Part shown: in pieces, positions 45,628-54,556 of the stretch
How positions within the stretch are numbered: the first letter of the stretch is position 1
Layout of the letters: every line of letters starts with the position of its first letter
Virus record (IMG/VR): IMGVR_UViG_3300028364_000033
Location: 1 to 64,000 of that record
Source: a virus
DNA: 64,000 nt
Direction: 5' to 3' (one strand)
Notes under the pieces: generated by a model
Seen by the model: the letters and a program-made list of their open reading frames with translations, nothing else
The model's database searches: none
Told to the model about the DNA's origin: nothing
Translations under genes and position numbers: made by a program

Positions 45628-46458
45628 TTACTTATTTATTATATCGAATAAATTATCGGCATTATGTCTAAGTTTTCTTAGAGCCTTCTCCTTTATCTGG
45701 CGTATTCTTTCCTTGGTTAGATTATATTTTTCACCTATAACTTCTAATGTCATACTATCATAATCCTTATCGATACCAAAATAACAATTAATTATTTCCC
45801 TCTCTCTGTCGGAAAGTTCACTTAACATATTAACTAGTTCGTTTTTTATGATACCATCACCCTCATTGAATATATCGTCATAATCATAATCATTGTCAAT
45901 CAACAATTCAGATATCTCACTACCAGAATCGTTGATTATCTCATTAAATGATGAGCATTTGGCCAGGGATTTAAAATCAACCAATGAGTCATCATAAAAA
46001 TCGGTGAAATCGGCCTGTCTGCAATTGTCAATCTCAAATTTCTCAAATTTTTTCTTTGTTAATGATATTTTGTTTATAACATTAGATGGATATCTAATGG
46101 TTCTGGAGTTATCGTTTAAACTTTGCATTATGGATTGTCTAATCCACCAAACAGCATAAGATATAAAACGAAACCCTCTAGTATGGTCATAGCGTTTTGC
46201 CGCTTTCACCATACCAAGATTACCTTCACTAATTAAATCACTTAATTGTAACCCTTGTCCTTGGTATTCTTTTGCAACGGATACAACAAATTTTAAGTTA
46301 GCACTCACCAACTTGTCAATTGCCACTTGACTACCATTTTTTATTTGTATCGCTAACTCAACTTCTTCTTCTGGAGTTAGTAATTTTGTTTTCTTTACGT
46401 CTTTAAAGTATTTTGAAATACTTTCATCGTCATTAAAATTAATATATTTTTTACTCAT
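45628..46458 (-). CDS. sigma-70 family RNA polymerase sigma factor
   Basis: region 2 DLISEGNLGMVKAAKRYDHTRGFRFISYAVWWIRQSI; region 4.2 HTH TLEVIGEKYNLTKERIRQIKEKALRKLR. Confidence 0.75.
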   Translation of the reverse strand: MSKKYINFNDDESISKYFKDVKKTKLLTPEEEVELAIQIKNGSQVAIDKLVSANLKFVVSVAKEYQGQGLQLSDLISEGNLGMVKAAKRYDHTRGFRFISYAVWWIRQSIMQSLNDNSRTIRYPSNVINKISLTKKKFEKFEIDNCRQADFTDFYDDSLVDFKSLAKCSSFNEIINDSGSEISELLIDNDYDYDDIFNEGDGIIKNELVNMLSELSDREREIINCYFGIDKDYDSMTLEVIGEKYNLTKERIRQIKEKALRKLRHNADNLFDIINK

Positions 46459-46614
46459 AAATAACCAATAAAGCCCCTAAATAATTTATTTCTTATGGGA
46501 TATATAACATACGTAATATATCCCAAAAGTAAACTAAATTTAGGGGTTATTTTTAAAAAAAACCGTTTAAAAGGTGTTTTTTAACGTTTAATTTATGTTT
46601 TAACCTATTTTAGG

Positions 46615-47181
46615 TTATTTTGTCTGTGCAGAAAGCTCTGATAACTTTGCTAATGTTTCTCTATCATATTTGGTTAAATTATCAGTACCCTTATCGAGTA
46701 TTTGATTAATAATTTCAGTGATTTCCGATTTTGTCATATCCTCGGATATTATATAACGTGTCTTAGGTTTAACAATTCTACTCTCTAGATTTATCTTAGT
46801 TTTTTTGGGTTTATTAATCCTATTGGTAGCATTGGCCCTACTTTGTCGATTAATATCATCGATTAAGTCATTGGTCTTATTTTTAAACTCAATACTTCCA
46901 TTATCTTCATTATCCAAGTGTCCGAACAATAATTCCTGTATCTGCTTATTAGTTAAATTAAATCCAGAAGAATTTTTATTTAAATCGAACACCATGAAAT
47001 TTCTATTAAACGTTTTAAAGTATTCGGTTATTTCACCAGGCTCCGCAACGCTTAAAAATGTGGCAATAGTCACACCCTTAGCTTCTAAAAATCTTGGTGT
47101 ATCCTCGGCAATCTTTACAATCTCGATTTTACACCCCTTGGTTTCACCCATGATTATTACGCAATAGTTTTTAAAATTCAT
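46615..47181 (-). CDS. hypothetical protein
   Basis: ORF track. Confidence 0.35.
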   Translation of the reverse strand: MNFKNYCVIIMGETKGCKIEIVKIAEDTPRFLEAKGVTIATFLSVAEPGEITEYFKTFNRNFMVFDLNKNSSGFNLTNKQIQELLFGHLDNEDNGSIEFKNKTNDLIDDINRQSRANATNRINKPKKTKINLESRIVKPKTRYIISEDMTKSEITEIINQILDKGTDNLTKYDRETLAKLSELSAQTK

Positions 47182-47249
47182 ATATTTTTATTTTTCTAAT
47201 TATTATACTACAAAGATAGGAATATTCTAATGTTTAAACTAATATTTTA

Positions 47250-49490
47250 TTATAAAGTTTTTATTTTAGAGATATTATTATCCTTTATTACCGTCACAAT
47301 TTGATTCGCCCAATCCTTAACTAAATCATTCTGAGTTATAAAGAAGACTATATCGAACATATCGGTTATTCTTTCGAATAATGGTCTCATGGCTGAAATA
47401 TTCTCTGGTGCAACCCTACCTAGGACCTCATCAAATGCAATGAAGTTAGGTTTTGGTAGATTTGACATTTTACCCAGTACACATCTTAACGCAATACTTG
47501 CGGCAGTCAATTCAAAGCCACTACCAGATTTTAATGGTTTCTCAACCCCATCCTTTATTAATAAATATCTAACTTCATTCTTATCGTCAACAAAAACTTC
47601 AACATCAAAATCGGTGATATCGTCAAGTAGTCTTTGTATCTCACTATTTATTATAGGTAGTACCGACCTAAGTACTAATTTACTAATACCCTTTTTACCG
47701 ACCATATCAATATACACCCTAAAGACTTTATCAACCTCCAACTCTTTATTTATGGTTTTTATTAAATCCGTTTTTAAGGTAATATCCTTATTGTTACTTT
47801 CCTTTAGGATACCATTTGACTGTATTTTATTATTGATGCTTTCTTTTTCACGTTCACAAACAATAAGTTTAGTGTCTACTATACTTATTTCACTATCAAG
47901 TTTAGCATTTTTATCAATACCACTTACATTTTCATTGTACTTATTCAAGTCGTCATTTTTAGTCTTAAGTGAATTTCTTAATGACCCAATTTCAACTTCT
48001 ACCCTATCCTTTCTTAATTCTAATTTATTTTTTTCATTAATTTTAACCTTTGCAACACTTAATTTCTCAATTTCAATATTGATAGATGATAATTTAACCC
48101 TTAACGACATTAAGGCTTCACCTAATGCACCTATTTGTAATTTATGAGTGTTTATGTGTTCGGTGTTATCAACGTCCTCTAAGGCTCTGTTACAAGCCTG
48201 ACATATACCACCAGCTATTAAATCATCGATTACTTTGTCTAATCTAATTATTTCAGCTTCTTTAACAGCTATATCACTACTTACGGATGTTTTTTCTTTG
48301 CTTAGTTCAAAATCTCTATCCTCATCAAAATTTATATCACCGATTTTTTTTATTTTGACCTTTAACTCAGCTATCTCATTTTTATACCCAACACCCGTTT
48401 GAGTTATGGTGCTAATCTCTTGATTCAATTTAGATGGGTTTAGTGTTAATATTTTTGCATCTATTTTTTCCTTTGAACTTATAAGGGTAATTTTTTCTTC
48501 GTTTAATTTAACTTGAATTTCCTTTTGGTCAGTTAGCTCAATATCTAAAATTTTTCTTTGACTATTTAACTCGTCTATTTTACCTTGATGCTCACTAATT
48601 TCTTCGTCTAAAGTTTCAACATCATAAATGTTTGACTTCATAGTTTTTGAAAATGTTGAATACATCTTACGGGCAGCGGTTTCTTTCAACGATATCACCT
48701 CTAGACCTATAAATCTAGTTAATAGTTTACCACTTTCTCCAGATGTAGAATCAACAAGGGTGTCAAGATTTCTAGATGTGGCTAGGACCACTAAATCAAA
48801 ATCACTTTCGGTACCAACGGTTTCTTTTATTAAATTTGTCGTTTTAGTGGCATCTTCATCGTTCATTAACTCTTCTTCACCATCTGGTAAGATTATGTAG
48901 TAGTTTAATTTATTCTCTATGGTCCAACCACCCTTACGTTTAGCCTTCCTCTTTAAAAAACGCTCTATAATTATCTCGTCATCACCTTCAATTTGAATCA
49001 TGGCCCTAAGAATAAGGTCATTGTTTTCACTAAATTGATTGAATACCTGTTCATTCTTATCGGTTTTGGTTGTTGTACCAAAAAATAAGAATTTAATTGC
49101 ATCAATTGTTAAGGTCGTGTTATGTGATACTATATCATTTGAATAATACTGATGAACTTTATCTACTTGAATATCATATAAAGTGTCTCGCTCATTTAAT
49201 AATTTAATTGACTTAACATTTGAAATACCATTCCTAACTTGAATAGGTGTTCCGATTTCAATATTCTTTAAAACTTCAAATTCCCCATCTTCTTTTTTTA
49301 ATCTATGATAATCAGCACCTTCAACATACAAACCATTTTCTAGTTCACATCTATATACCTCGGCATTTTCTTCGGTTATACCACACCATGTAATATCATG
49401 AAAGCCATATGGTGTGTCCACCTCAAAACCTAAATCACCATATTTTTTGTAAATTTCATTTAATTTACCTATCTCAATTTCTTTAACCAT
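47250..49490 (-). CDS. 46: SbcC/T4 gp46-like recombination ATPase, C-terminal fragment preceded by a ~124-aa C-intein-like segment
   Basis: N-terminus ends LYDIQVDKVHQYYSNDIVSHN|T (intein block G, HN plus Thr+1); continues TLTIDAIKFLFFG (T4 gp46 TMLEAITFGLFG); long coiled coil; C-terminal signature/D-loop SGSGFELTAASIALRCVL...FIAFDEV. Confidence 0.7.
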   Translation of the reverse strand: MVKEIEIGKLNEIYKKYGDLGFEVDTPYGFHDITWCGITEENAEVYRCELENGLYVEGADYHRLKKEDGEFEVLKNIEIGTPIQVRNGISNVKSIKLLNERDTLYDIQVDKVHQYYSNDIVSHNTTLTIDAIKFLFFGTTTKTDKNEQVFNQFSENNDLILRAMIQIEGDDEIIIERFLKRKAKRKGGWTIENKLNYYIILPDGEEELMNDEDATKTTNLIKETVGTESDFDLVVLATSRNLDTLVDSTSGESGKLLTRFIGLEVISLKETAARKMYSTFSKTMKSNIYDVETLDEEISEHQGKIDELNSQRKILDIELTDQKEIQVKLNEEKITLISSKEKIDAKILTLNPSKLNQEISTITQTGVGYKNEIAELKVKIKKIGDINFDEDRDFELSKEKTSVSSDIAVKEAEIIRLDKVIDDLIAGGICQACNRALEDVDNTEHINTHKLQIGALGEALMSLRVKLSSINIEIEKLSVAKVKINEKNKLELRKDRVEVEIGSLRNSLKTKNDDLNKYNENVSGIDKNAKLDSEISIVDTKLIVCEREKESINNKIQSNGILKESNNKDITLKTDLIKTINKELEVDKVFRVYIDMVGKKGISKLVLRSVLPIINSEIQRLLDDITDFDVEVFVDDKNEVRYLLIKDGVEKPLKSGSGFELTAASIALRCVLGKMSNLPKPNFIAFDEVLGRVAPENISAMRPLFERITDMFDIVFFITQNDLVKDWANQIVTVIKDNNISKIKTL
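49119..49490 (-). other. C-intein-like segment (IntC) of an apparent split intein in gp46
   Basis: terminal VSHN followed by Thr; hydrophobic beta-strand-rich Hint-like sequence. Confidence 0.55.
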
Positions 49491-50505
49491 ATTTTAAAAA
49501 TTTTTTACATTTATCTATTACTTTTTCTTTATTCCCCCAACGATATTCTGAATCCCAAATAACTAACACATCAAAACCTTCTTTATTGGCAATATCTAAC
49601 TTACGTTTATCTTTATCCCACATTTCTTGTGCGGTGATTGTTTTTCTAAAAGGGTGTGGATAATCTTCTGCTAAATATTTTTTAGGGTTTCCATGATATT
49701 GGTCACCATTATATTCGATTATCTTTTTATTTTTGATATCAGTAAAATCATACATCCAAATCCCACCTTCTGATTCAGATTTATTTAATTTAAACTCTTT
49801 ATTATGTGTGGCAAAATTAATTTTATCCCTATCTTCTATTTTATATTGTTTTAATAATTTATAAAACAAATCTTGTGATATCTTAGAATACCCTATTTTA
49901 AGATTTCCATTATTGGTTAAAGATTTAGACCACTTATTCTGTCTTTCGGTGAAAATTTTTAAACCTTCAACCTCACCATATTTTTTAACACAAATTTCTT
50001 TTGAGAATGTAGATTGTCTTTCACTACGCTTTATTTTAGCTTCATCCTCAGAATAACCTTTATTTAACCAATATTGTAAATTAGCACTACCCTTTTTACT
50101 ATTTTCACTCCTTTTTATTTCCCTTCCACTCCAAATACGCTTCCCCTCAATTTCTCCATACCTAGCTATACAGCCCCTTTCTGAAACCAATTTTTGACCT
50201 TCTATTTGTAAAATAGCCTCACTTTCTGAATAACCTAACTTAAACCAGTATTCGGGATTAACGGGTCTAAGTGTTTTTATATGAGGGTCAATTAAATCTT
50301 CATCCATTCCCCTTTCTAACCAATATTTTTTGGAATATGCAGAGCGCTTAGGAATTTTAATTTTATTATCCCTTAATCTTTTTATTATAACACCAGTATC
50401 AACATTATATTTTTTAGCGATATTATTTGTTGATTGAAATTCATTAACATACATTTTAACAATATCATTTAACTCCACTTTTGAAAATTTATATACTTTT
50501 CCCAT
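49483..50505 (-). CDS. Vsr-fold (PD-(D/E)xK) homing-endonuclease-like protein with N-terminal DNA-binding repeats, sited between the two halves of fractured gp46
   Basis: C-terminal EYNGDQYHGNP ... GFDVLVIWDSEY resembles Vsr FVDGCFWHGH ... IRIWEHE; repeated YW-x-GYSE-EA and KKYGE motifs. Confidence 0.55.
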   Translation of the reverse strand: MGKVYKFSKVELNDIVKMYVNEFQSTNNIAKKYNVDTGVIIKRLRDNKIKIPKRSAYSKKYWLERGMDEDLIDPHIKTLRPVNPEYWFKLGYSESEAILQIEGQKLVSERGCIARYGEIEGKRIWSGREIKRSENSKKGSANLQYWLNKGYSEDEAKIKRSERQSTFSKEICVKKYGEVEGLKIFTERQNKWSKSLTNNGNLKIGYSKISQDLFYKLLKQYKIEDRDKINFATHNKEFKLNKSESEGGIWMYDFTDIKNKKIIEYNGDQYHGNPKKYLAEDYPHPFRKTITAQEMWDKDKRKLDIANKEGFDVLVIWDSEYRWGNKEKVIDKCKKFLKYG

Positions 50506-50566
50506 AATTAAATTATTTATATATAAATATAACCGTTTAATCAGGGAAGTAAAGAGGTTTAAATAA

Positions 50567-51148
50567 TTATTTTAATTCTTCGGGTATAAAACCCAGTTTT
50601 TTCTCTATTTCATCGAGATTATACTTAATTTTAATTTTAGTGTTGTACCTAATACATTTTCCGCCTTGGTTTGCTGGGTCTGAGTTAACAACGGTTAAAC
50701 CCTGGTACCTGTCAACGGGAAAGAAATTATTTTCACCAAAGGATAGGAAGTTGTTTAACATCATCCATTTGATTTTATATTTTCTGTGTAATTTATCCTC
50801 TAATTCAATATTTAATTCAGCATTAACTTTATTATCTAAATCAATTAATCTATTAAAATCAACATCTTTATTTTCTCTACTTAACCATTCTTTAAATAAT
50901 TCCCTTTGATATTTAATGGTCATTATATTGTCTATACTACCACCTTCTATTTGTATAGTCTCACCATCCCTATTAACTTTAACGGGTTGATATATCACAT
51001 TTACATTTTGCGATGGAATACCATATTTCGTTGAGAAGAATTTCCTAACCTTATTTCTAGCTTCTCTAGAATAATGTTCAGGTTTATCATTCCAATATAC
51101 CTTTATCTTACCATTTGCTGGTACGACTATACTATTATTATTCACCAT
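50567..51148 (-). CDS. 46: SbcC/T4 gp46-like ATPase N-terminal fragment ending in a 29-aa N-intein-like segment
   Basis: YKIKWMMLNNFLSFGENN ... TVVNSDPANQGGK|C aligns with T4 gp46 YKNIMSVGQNG ... LITGRNGGGKS|T; ORF stops 29 aa after the Cys. Confidence 0.65.
   Translation of the reverse strand: MVNNNSIVVPANGKIKVYWNDKPEHYSREARNKVRKFFSTKYGIPSQNVNVIYQPVKVNRDGETIQIEGGSIDNIMTIKYQRELFKEWLSRENKDVDFNRLIDLDNKVNAELNIELEDKLHRKYKIKWMMLNNFLSFGENNFFPVDRYQGLTVVNSDPANQGGKCIRYNTKIKIKYNLDEIEKKLGFIPEELK
50570..50656 (-). other. short N-intein-like segment (IntN, 29 aa, CIRYNTKIKIKYNLDEIEKKLGFIPEELK)
   Basis: starts with Cys exactly at the Walker-A GK|(S/T) position. Confidence 0.5.
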
Positions 51149-51551
51149 AAATATCTTTATTTTTATCCTTTAATAACTTTAATTCTTTTTCAAGTGCTTC
51201 AACGTTAGTTTTTAACACATTTCGCTCTTTAGTGATTTCGACTAAATCAATGGTTTGATTGTCAAACTTTAACTGTAATTCAACTATTTGACTATTTAAT
51301 TTGGTGTTGGCTTCATCATCGGTAACATAAACTTCTTTTTCAACATAAACTTCTTTTTCGACAATAACTTCTTTTTCAACAATAACCTCTTTAGTTTTAA
51401 ATGGTGTGCTACCGTATTTTTCAGCAGTAAACCCCTGTTTAATTATTTTAAGATTAAATTCACTAATATTCGGAATATCGTTTACTTTACAATATTCCCA
51501 AATTTCATCTTTTAAGTCCTTAGGTATCTCCATCTTTATTAATTTTTTCAT
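51138..51551 (-). CDS. hypothetical protein with VEKE repeats
   Basis: ORF track; EVIVEKEVIVEKEVYVEKEVYV repeat. Confidence 0.3.
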   Translation of the reverse strand: MKKLIKMEIPKDLKDEIWEYCKVNDIPNISEFNLKIIKQGFTAEKYGSTPFKTKEVIVEKEVIVEKEVYVEKEVYVTDDEANTKLNSQIVELQLKFDNQTIDLVEITKERNVLKTNVEALEKELKLLKDKNKDIYGE

Positions 51552-51961
51552 TGGTTTTATCTAAAAACACTATTTCTTTTGTATTTTCATCAATTTCAAT
51601 ACTTAATATAGGTTTATCAACCCTATAGAAATAATCTTCATCGATTTTACCAAACTCACCATTTACTATTTTATATTTTTTAAATTCATCTGGCAAAGAT
51701 AATAAAAATGTTATTAATTCGTGTAATTCCATCTTATATATTTGTTAAAACTTCAACATTATTATCTAAATCATCCAGCGAGTTTATCTTAAATTGGTAG
51801 AACCCAAAATCGGTCTCTATGTCACACTCGGTATATGTCCTAGATTCAACATCCCAGAATAAAAACCCATGTTTATTAACAGTCTCACCAAAGTTTTGTT
51901 GTATTAGGCTACTGCTAAAACACATTGGGACTATTTTTTTAATTTTAATCTTTTTTTCCAT
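51520..51961 (-). CDS. 47: possible C-terminal fragment(s) of the gp47/Mre11-like protein (two overlapping ORFs 51734..51961 and 51520..51732, perhaps joined by a frameshift)
   Basis: KHGFLFWDVESRTYTECDI weakly resembles T4 gp47 RGFWMFDTETERTEFI. Confidence 0.3.
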
Positions 51962-52862
51962 ATTTTTTAATTTCGTTAAATAATTTGAATTTAAAATTTT
52001 TCTTTCTAATATCGGTTTCGCAAAATCTAATCAAATTATAGTCATTTTTATAAGCTAATTTATTTTTAAATTCATCATTTTTTTTATTTATTTTCTGAAC
52101 CTCTGTTAATATTTTATCATCATATTTATTTGGGTTGCTATGCCAATAATCGCCATCGGCTTCAATTAATAAATTAAATTCATTTAAGTAGAAATCATAA
52201 GACCTAAAATTTATTTTATTATAACTAATTTCAAATTGTGTCTCAAATTTAATGTTTTGTTCCATTAATAACTTACCAATTTTAATTTCAATGCTAGTCC
52301 CTTTATTGTTTTTATTAGCCATTAATAATAACTCAAACGCAGTTTTACCATATTTTTTTATACAAGTATTATCAGCTTTAGTTCTATACATATCTATTTC
52401 TGATATATTTTTAACACCATATTTTCGTAATAAAGTATTTTCTCGTTTCTCTAACGATTTTTCATCAGAACCACACCAAAATCCATTTTCTTCAAAAAAT
52501 CGCTCTTGACCTAATTTAACATTATCTCTATGATTTTCATTAATCCATAACCCCTTCATTCTATTCGAATTCCATACCTTCCATTCATCAGTATGTTTAT
52601 TATTATAAACTGGATTACCTTCTTTTAAGTAAACTTCTTTTTGATGTTCATCCTTACATTTTCTTGAACAATATTTAGATTTACCAGTTTTAAGTTTATT
52701 CGGTAATGTGTTAAATTCAACCTTACAAAATAAACATACGGTTTTAACTCTCTCTATTTTATCTTTTTTATAACTATTATATTGGCATTTTCTGGTACAA
52801 TATTTTTGTGCCTTTCGTTTAGCGTTATATTCGTTACCACATTTTTCACATTTTTTATACAT
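51945..52862 (-). CDS. Vsr-fold (PD-(D/E)xK) homing-endonuclease-like protein with N-terminal zinc fingers, paralog of 49483..50505
   Basis: CEKCGN..C..C and CLFCK..C..C zinc ribbons; RKYGV/KKYGK repeats; C-terminal IEADGDYWHSNPNKY Vsr/DUF559-like motif. Confidence 0.55.
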   Translation of the reverse strand: MYKKCEKCGNEYNAKRKAQKYCTRKCQYNSYKKDKIERVKTVCLFCKVEFNTLPNKLKTGKSKYCSRKCKDEHQKEVYLKEGNPVYNNKHTDEWKVWNSNRMKGLWINENHRDNVKLGQERFFEENGFWCGSDEKSLEKRENTLLRKYGVKNISEIDMYRTKADNTCIKKYGKTAFELLLMANKNNKGTSIEIKIGKLLMEQNIKFETQFEISYNKINFRSYDFYLNEFNLLIEADGDYWHSNPNKYDDKILTEVQKINKKNDEFKNKLAYKNDYNLIRFCETDIRKKNFKFKLFNEIKKYGKKD

Positions 52863-52922
52863 ATCTAAAATTTTGTTGTATTATTATTTAATAATAAATA
52901 TAACAACAAACGTGAAAAGATG

Positions 52923-53603
52923 TTATTCATCCATAACCCAACCCATTTTTTCATACCTTTCTAATTCTGATTCATAAATTTCTTTTTTTTCAATATTATA
53001 AAAACAACTTCTTTTATGAATATCCCCTAATAAAACCATATCACAACCATCAAAATGTTCCAATGATTGCGCTTCATCGAATTTATAACCTATATCCGTA
53101 GTTGCGCCAGCTAATGGTGCATGATATAATCCGATATATGTTTTATCATCACCGAATTCAAGTCTAGCGGATTCAATATCTGGTCTACTATTTTCCTCAA
53201 AAATAGAATAAACACACCAAACTATGTTTCCGTCTTCAAAACACCCAGTATCTCTATAATATTGTATTTTACAATCAGGTAACAACTTAACCATAGGTGT
53301 GATACTATCTAACCTATCCTTGTTATTTTCTAACAAATCATGATTGCCAGCAATTATAACAACTGGTGCTATTTTATCTAACTTTCTAAGGAACCAGGTC
53401 CCTAGCATTAATAATTCATTAGATATGGTTATTTTTTGGTGAACATAATCACCAGCGATAACTATTCTAATTTCATCTCTTTCATAACCTTCGACTAATT
53501 TCCTAATCTCCTTTAATGTTGTCTTAAAGGCTTCACCATATTCAGAATGCATTTTGTATGTTCTGATGTGAATGTCGGCCATATGTATTATTTTTTTTAC
53601 CAT
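52923..53603 (-). CDS. 47: SbcD/Mre11-like (T4 gp47-like) calcineurin-fold nuclease, N-terminal fragment with C-terminal Cys-initiated 27-aa tail
   Basis: phosphoesterase motifs MADIHI, AGDYVH, GNHD, GLYH, GDIHK; shorter than T4 gp47 (226 vs 339 aa); tail CFYNIEKKEIYESELERYEKMGWVMDE resembles gp46 IntN-like tail. Confidence 0.6.
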   Translation of the reverse strand: MVKKIIHMADIHIRTYKMHSEYGEAFKTTLKEIRKLVEGYERDEIRIVIAGDYVHQKITISNELLMLGTWFLRKLDKIAPVVIIAGNHDLLENNKDRLDSITPMVKLLPDCKIQYYRDTGCFEDGNIVWCVYSIFEENSRPDIESARLEFGDDKTYIGLYHAPLAGATTDIGYKFDEAQSLEHFDGCDMVLLGDIHKRSCFYNIEKKEIYESELERYEKMGWVMDE

Positions 53604-54556
53604 TATAATCTACTTTTTAGTAATTTAACCCTATCTTCTTCGGCTATTAAATCAGTTTTTTTCTTTTTCATCACCTCTTTAATTCTAGGTAATGGTGGCA
53701 TTGTTAACACTATATTTATAAAATCCCTAGATACTCTAAATTCTTTATAAACTCCCTCAGCCGATAAATGAACAATAATACAACCAAATAATTTAATATC
53801 CTCATATTTTGTACCTTTTAACATATCCAATATTAATCTAGCATATAATGGTAATTGTATTTTATAGTGCCCTAAGGACGTATCCATTTCATCTTCAAAC
53901 GGAGGTAACATAGCTTCCGTATATGAATGTACCTCGAAATTTTTAGGCTTATTCGATTTCCAGTCGGTGACTATGAAACCCAAATTACCCTCACCATCGA
54001 ACATTATCCATACCTTATCTGGTTGCCCAGTATACTTTAATTCGTTACTACCCAACACCATTTCCGTATCCAATAAAACCGCACCTCGCCTATGCATCAA
54101 TCTTATAAAATTATGGCCAGCATCAATCATGGCATTGCCATCGTTAATCTGGTCTTCATTACAATCGAATATGGGCTTTCTAACGTCCTTATAAGAACCA
54201 TATTGGGCCAGTAGGTCCATTTCTAATAAATAATGTACCCTAGACCCCTTAGAATTAGCATAATCCGCTGTACCCCTCCATTCGGTTAACAGTTTGTCTT
54301 GTTCAAATATATCACCATTACACATATCGAATGATTTTTCAAGTGCTGGAAACTCATTGTAGAATTGTTTAATAACAGTTGATACCGATGGAAATTTAGT
54401 TGTCATGTCACCCTCTTTTGTTCTAATATGATAAGTGTGGGTATCTTCAACAAACGTTAATTCAAGTTCTTTTTGTTTTTCGGTAATTATATTTCTTATT
54501 TCCTCACCTATCTTTAATAACTCGGCTTTATAGTTGGTATTTGGTTCGTTTTTCAT
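53603..54556 (-). CDS. PD-(D/E)xK (RecB/Cas4-like) nuclease-fold protein
   Basis: VEDTHTYHI ... GQPDKVWIM ... FIVTDWKS consistent with D / D-x-K nuclease motifs. Confidence 0.4.
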   Translation of the reverse strand: MKNEPNTNYKAELLKIGEEIRNIITEKQKELELTFVEDTHTYHIRTKEGDMTTKFPSVSTVIKQFYNEFPALEKSFDMCNGDIFEQDKLLTEWRGTADYANSKGSRVHYLLEMDLLAQYGSYKDVRKPIFDCNEDQINDGNAMIDAGHNFIRLMHRRGAVLLDTEMVLGSNELKYTGQPDKVWIMFDGEGNLGFIVTDWKSNKPKNFEVHSYTEAMLPPFEDEMDTSLGHYKIQLPLYARLILDMLKGTKYEDIKLFGCIIVHLSAEGVYKEFRVSRDFINIVLTMPPLPRIKEVMKKKKTDLIAEEDRVKLLKSRL

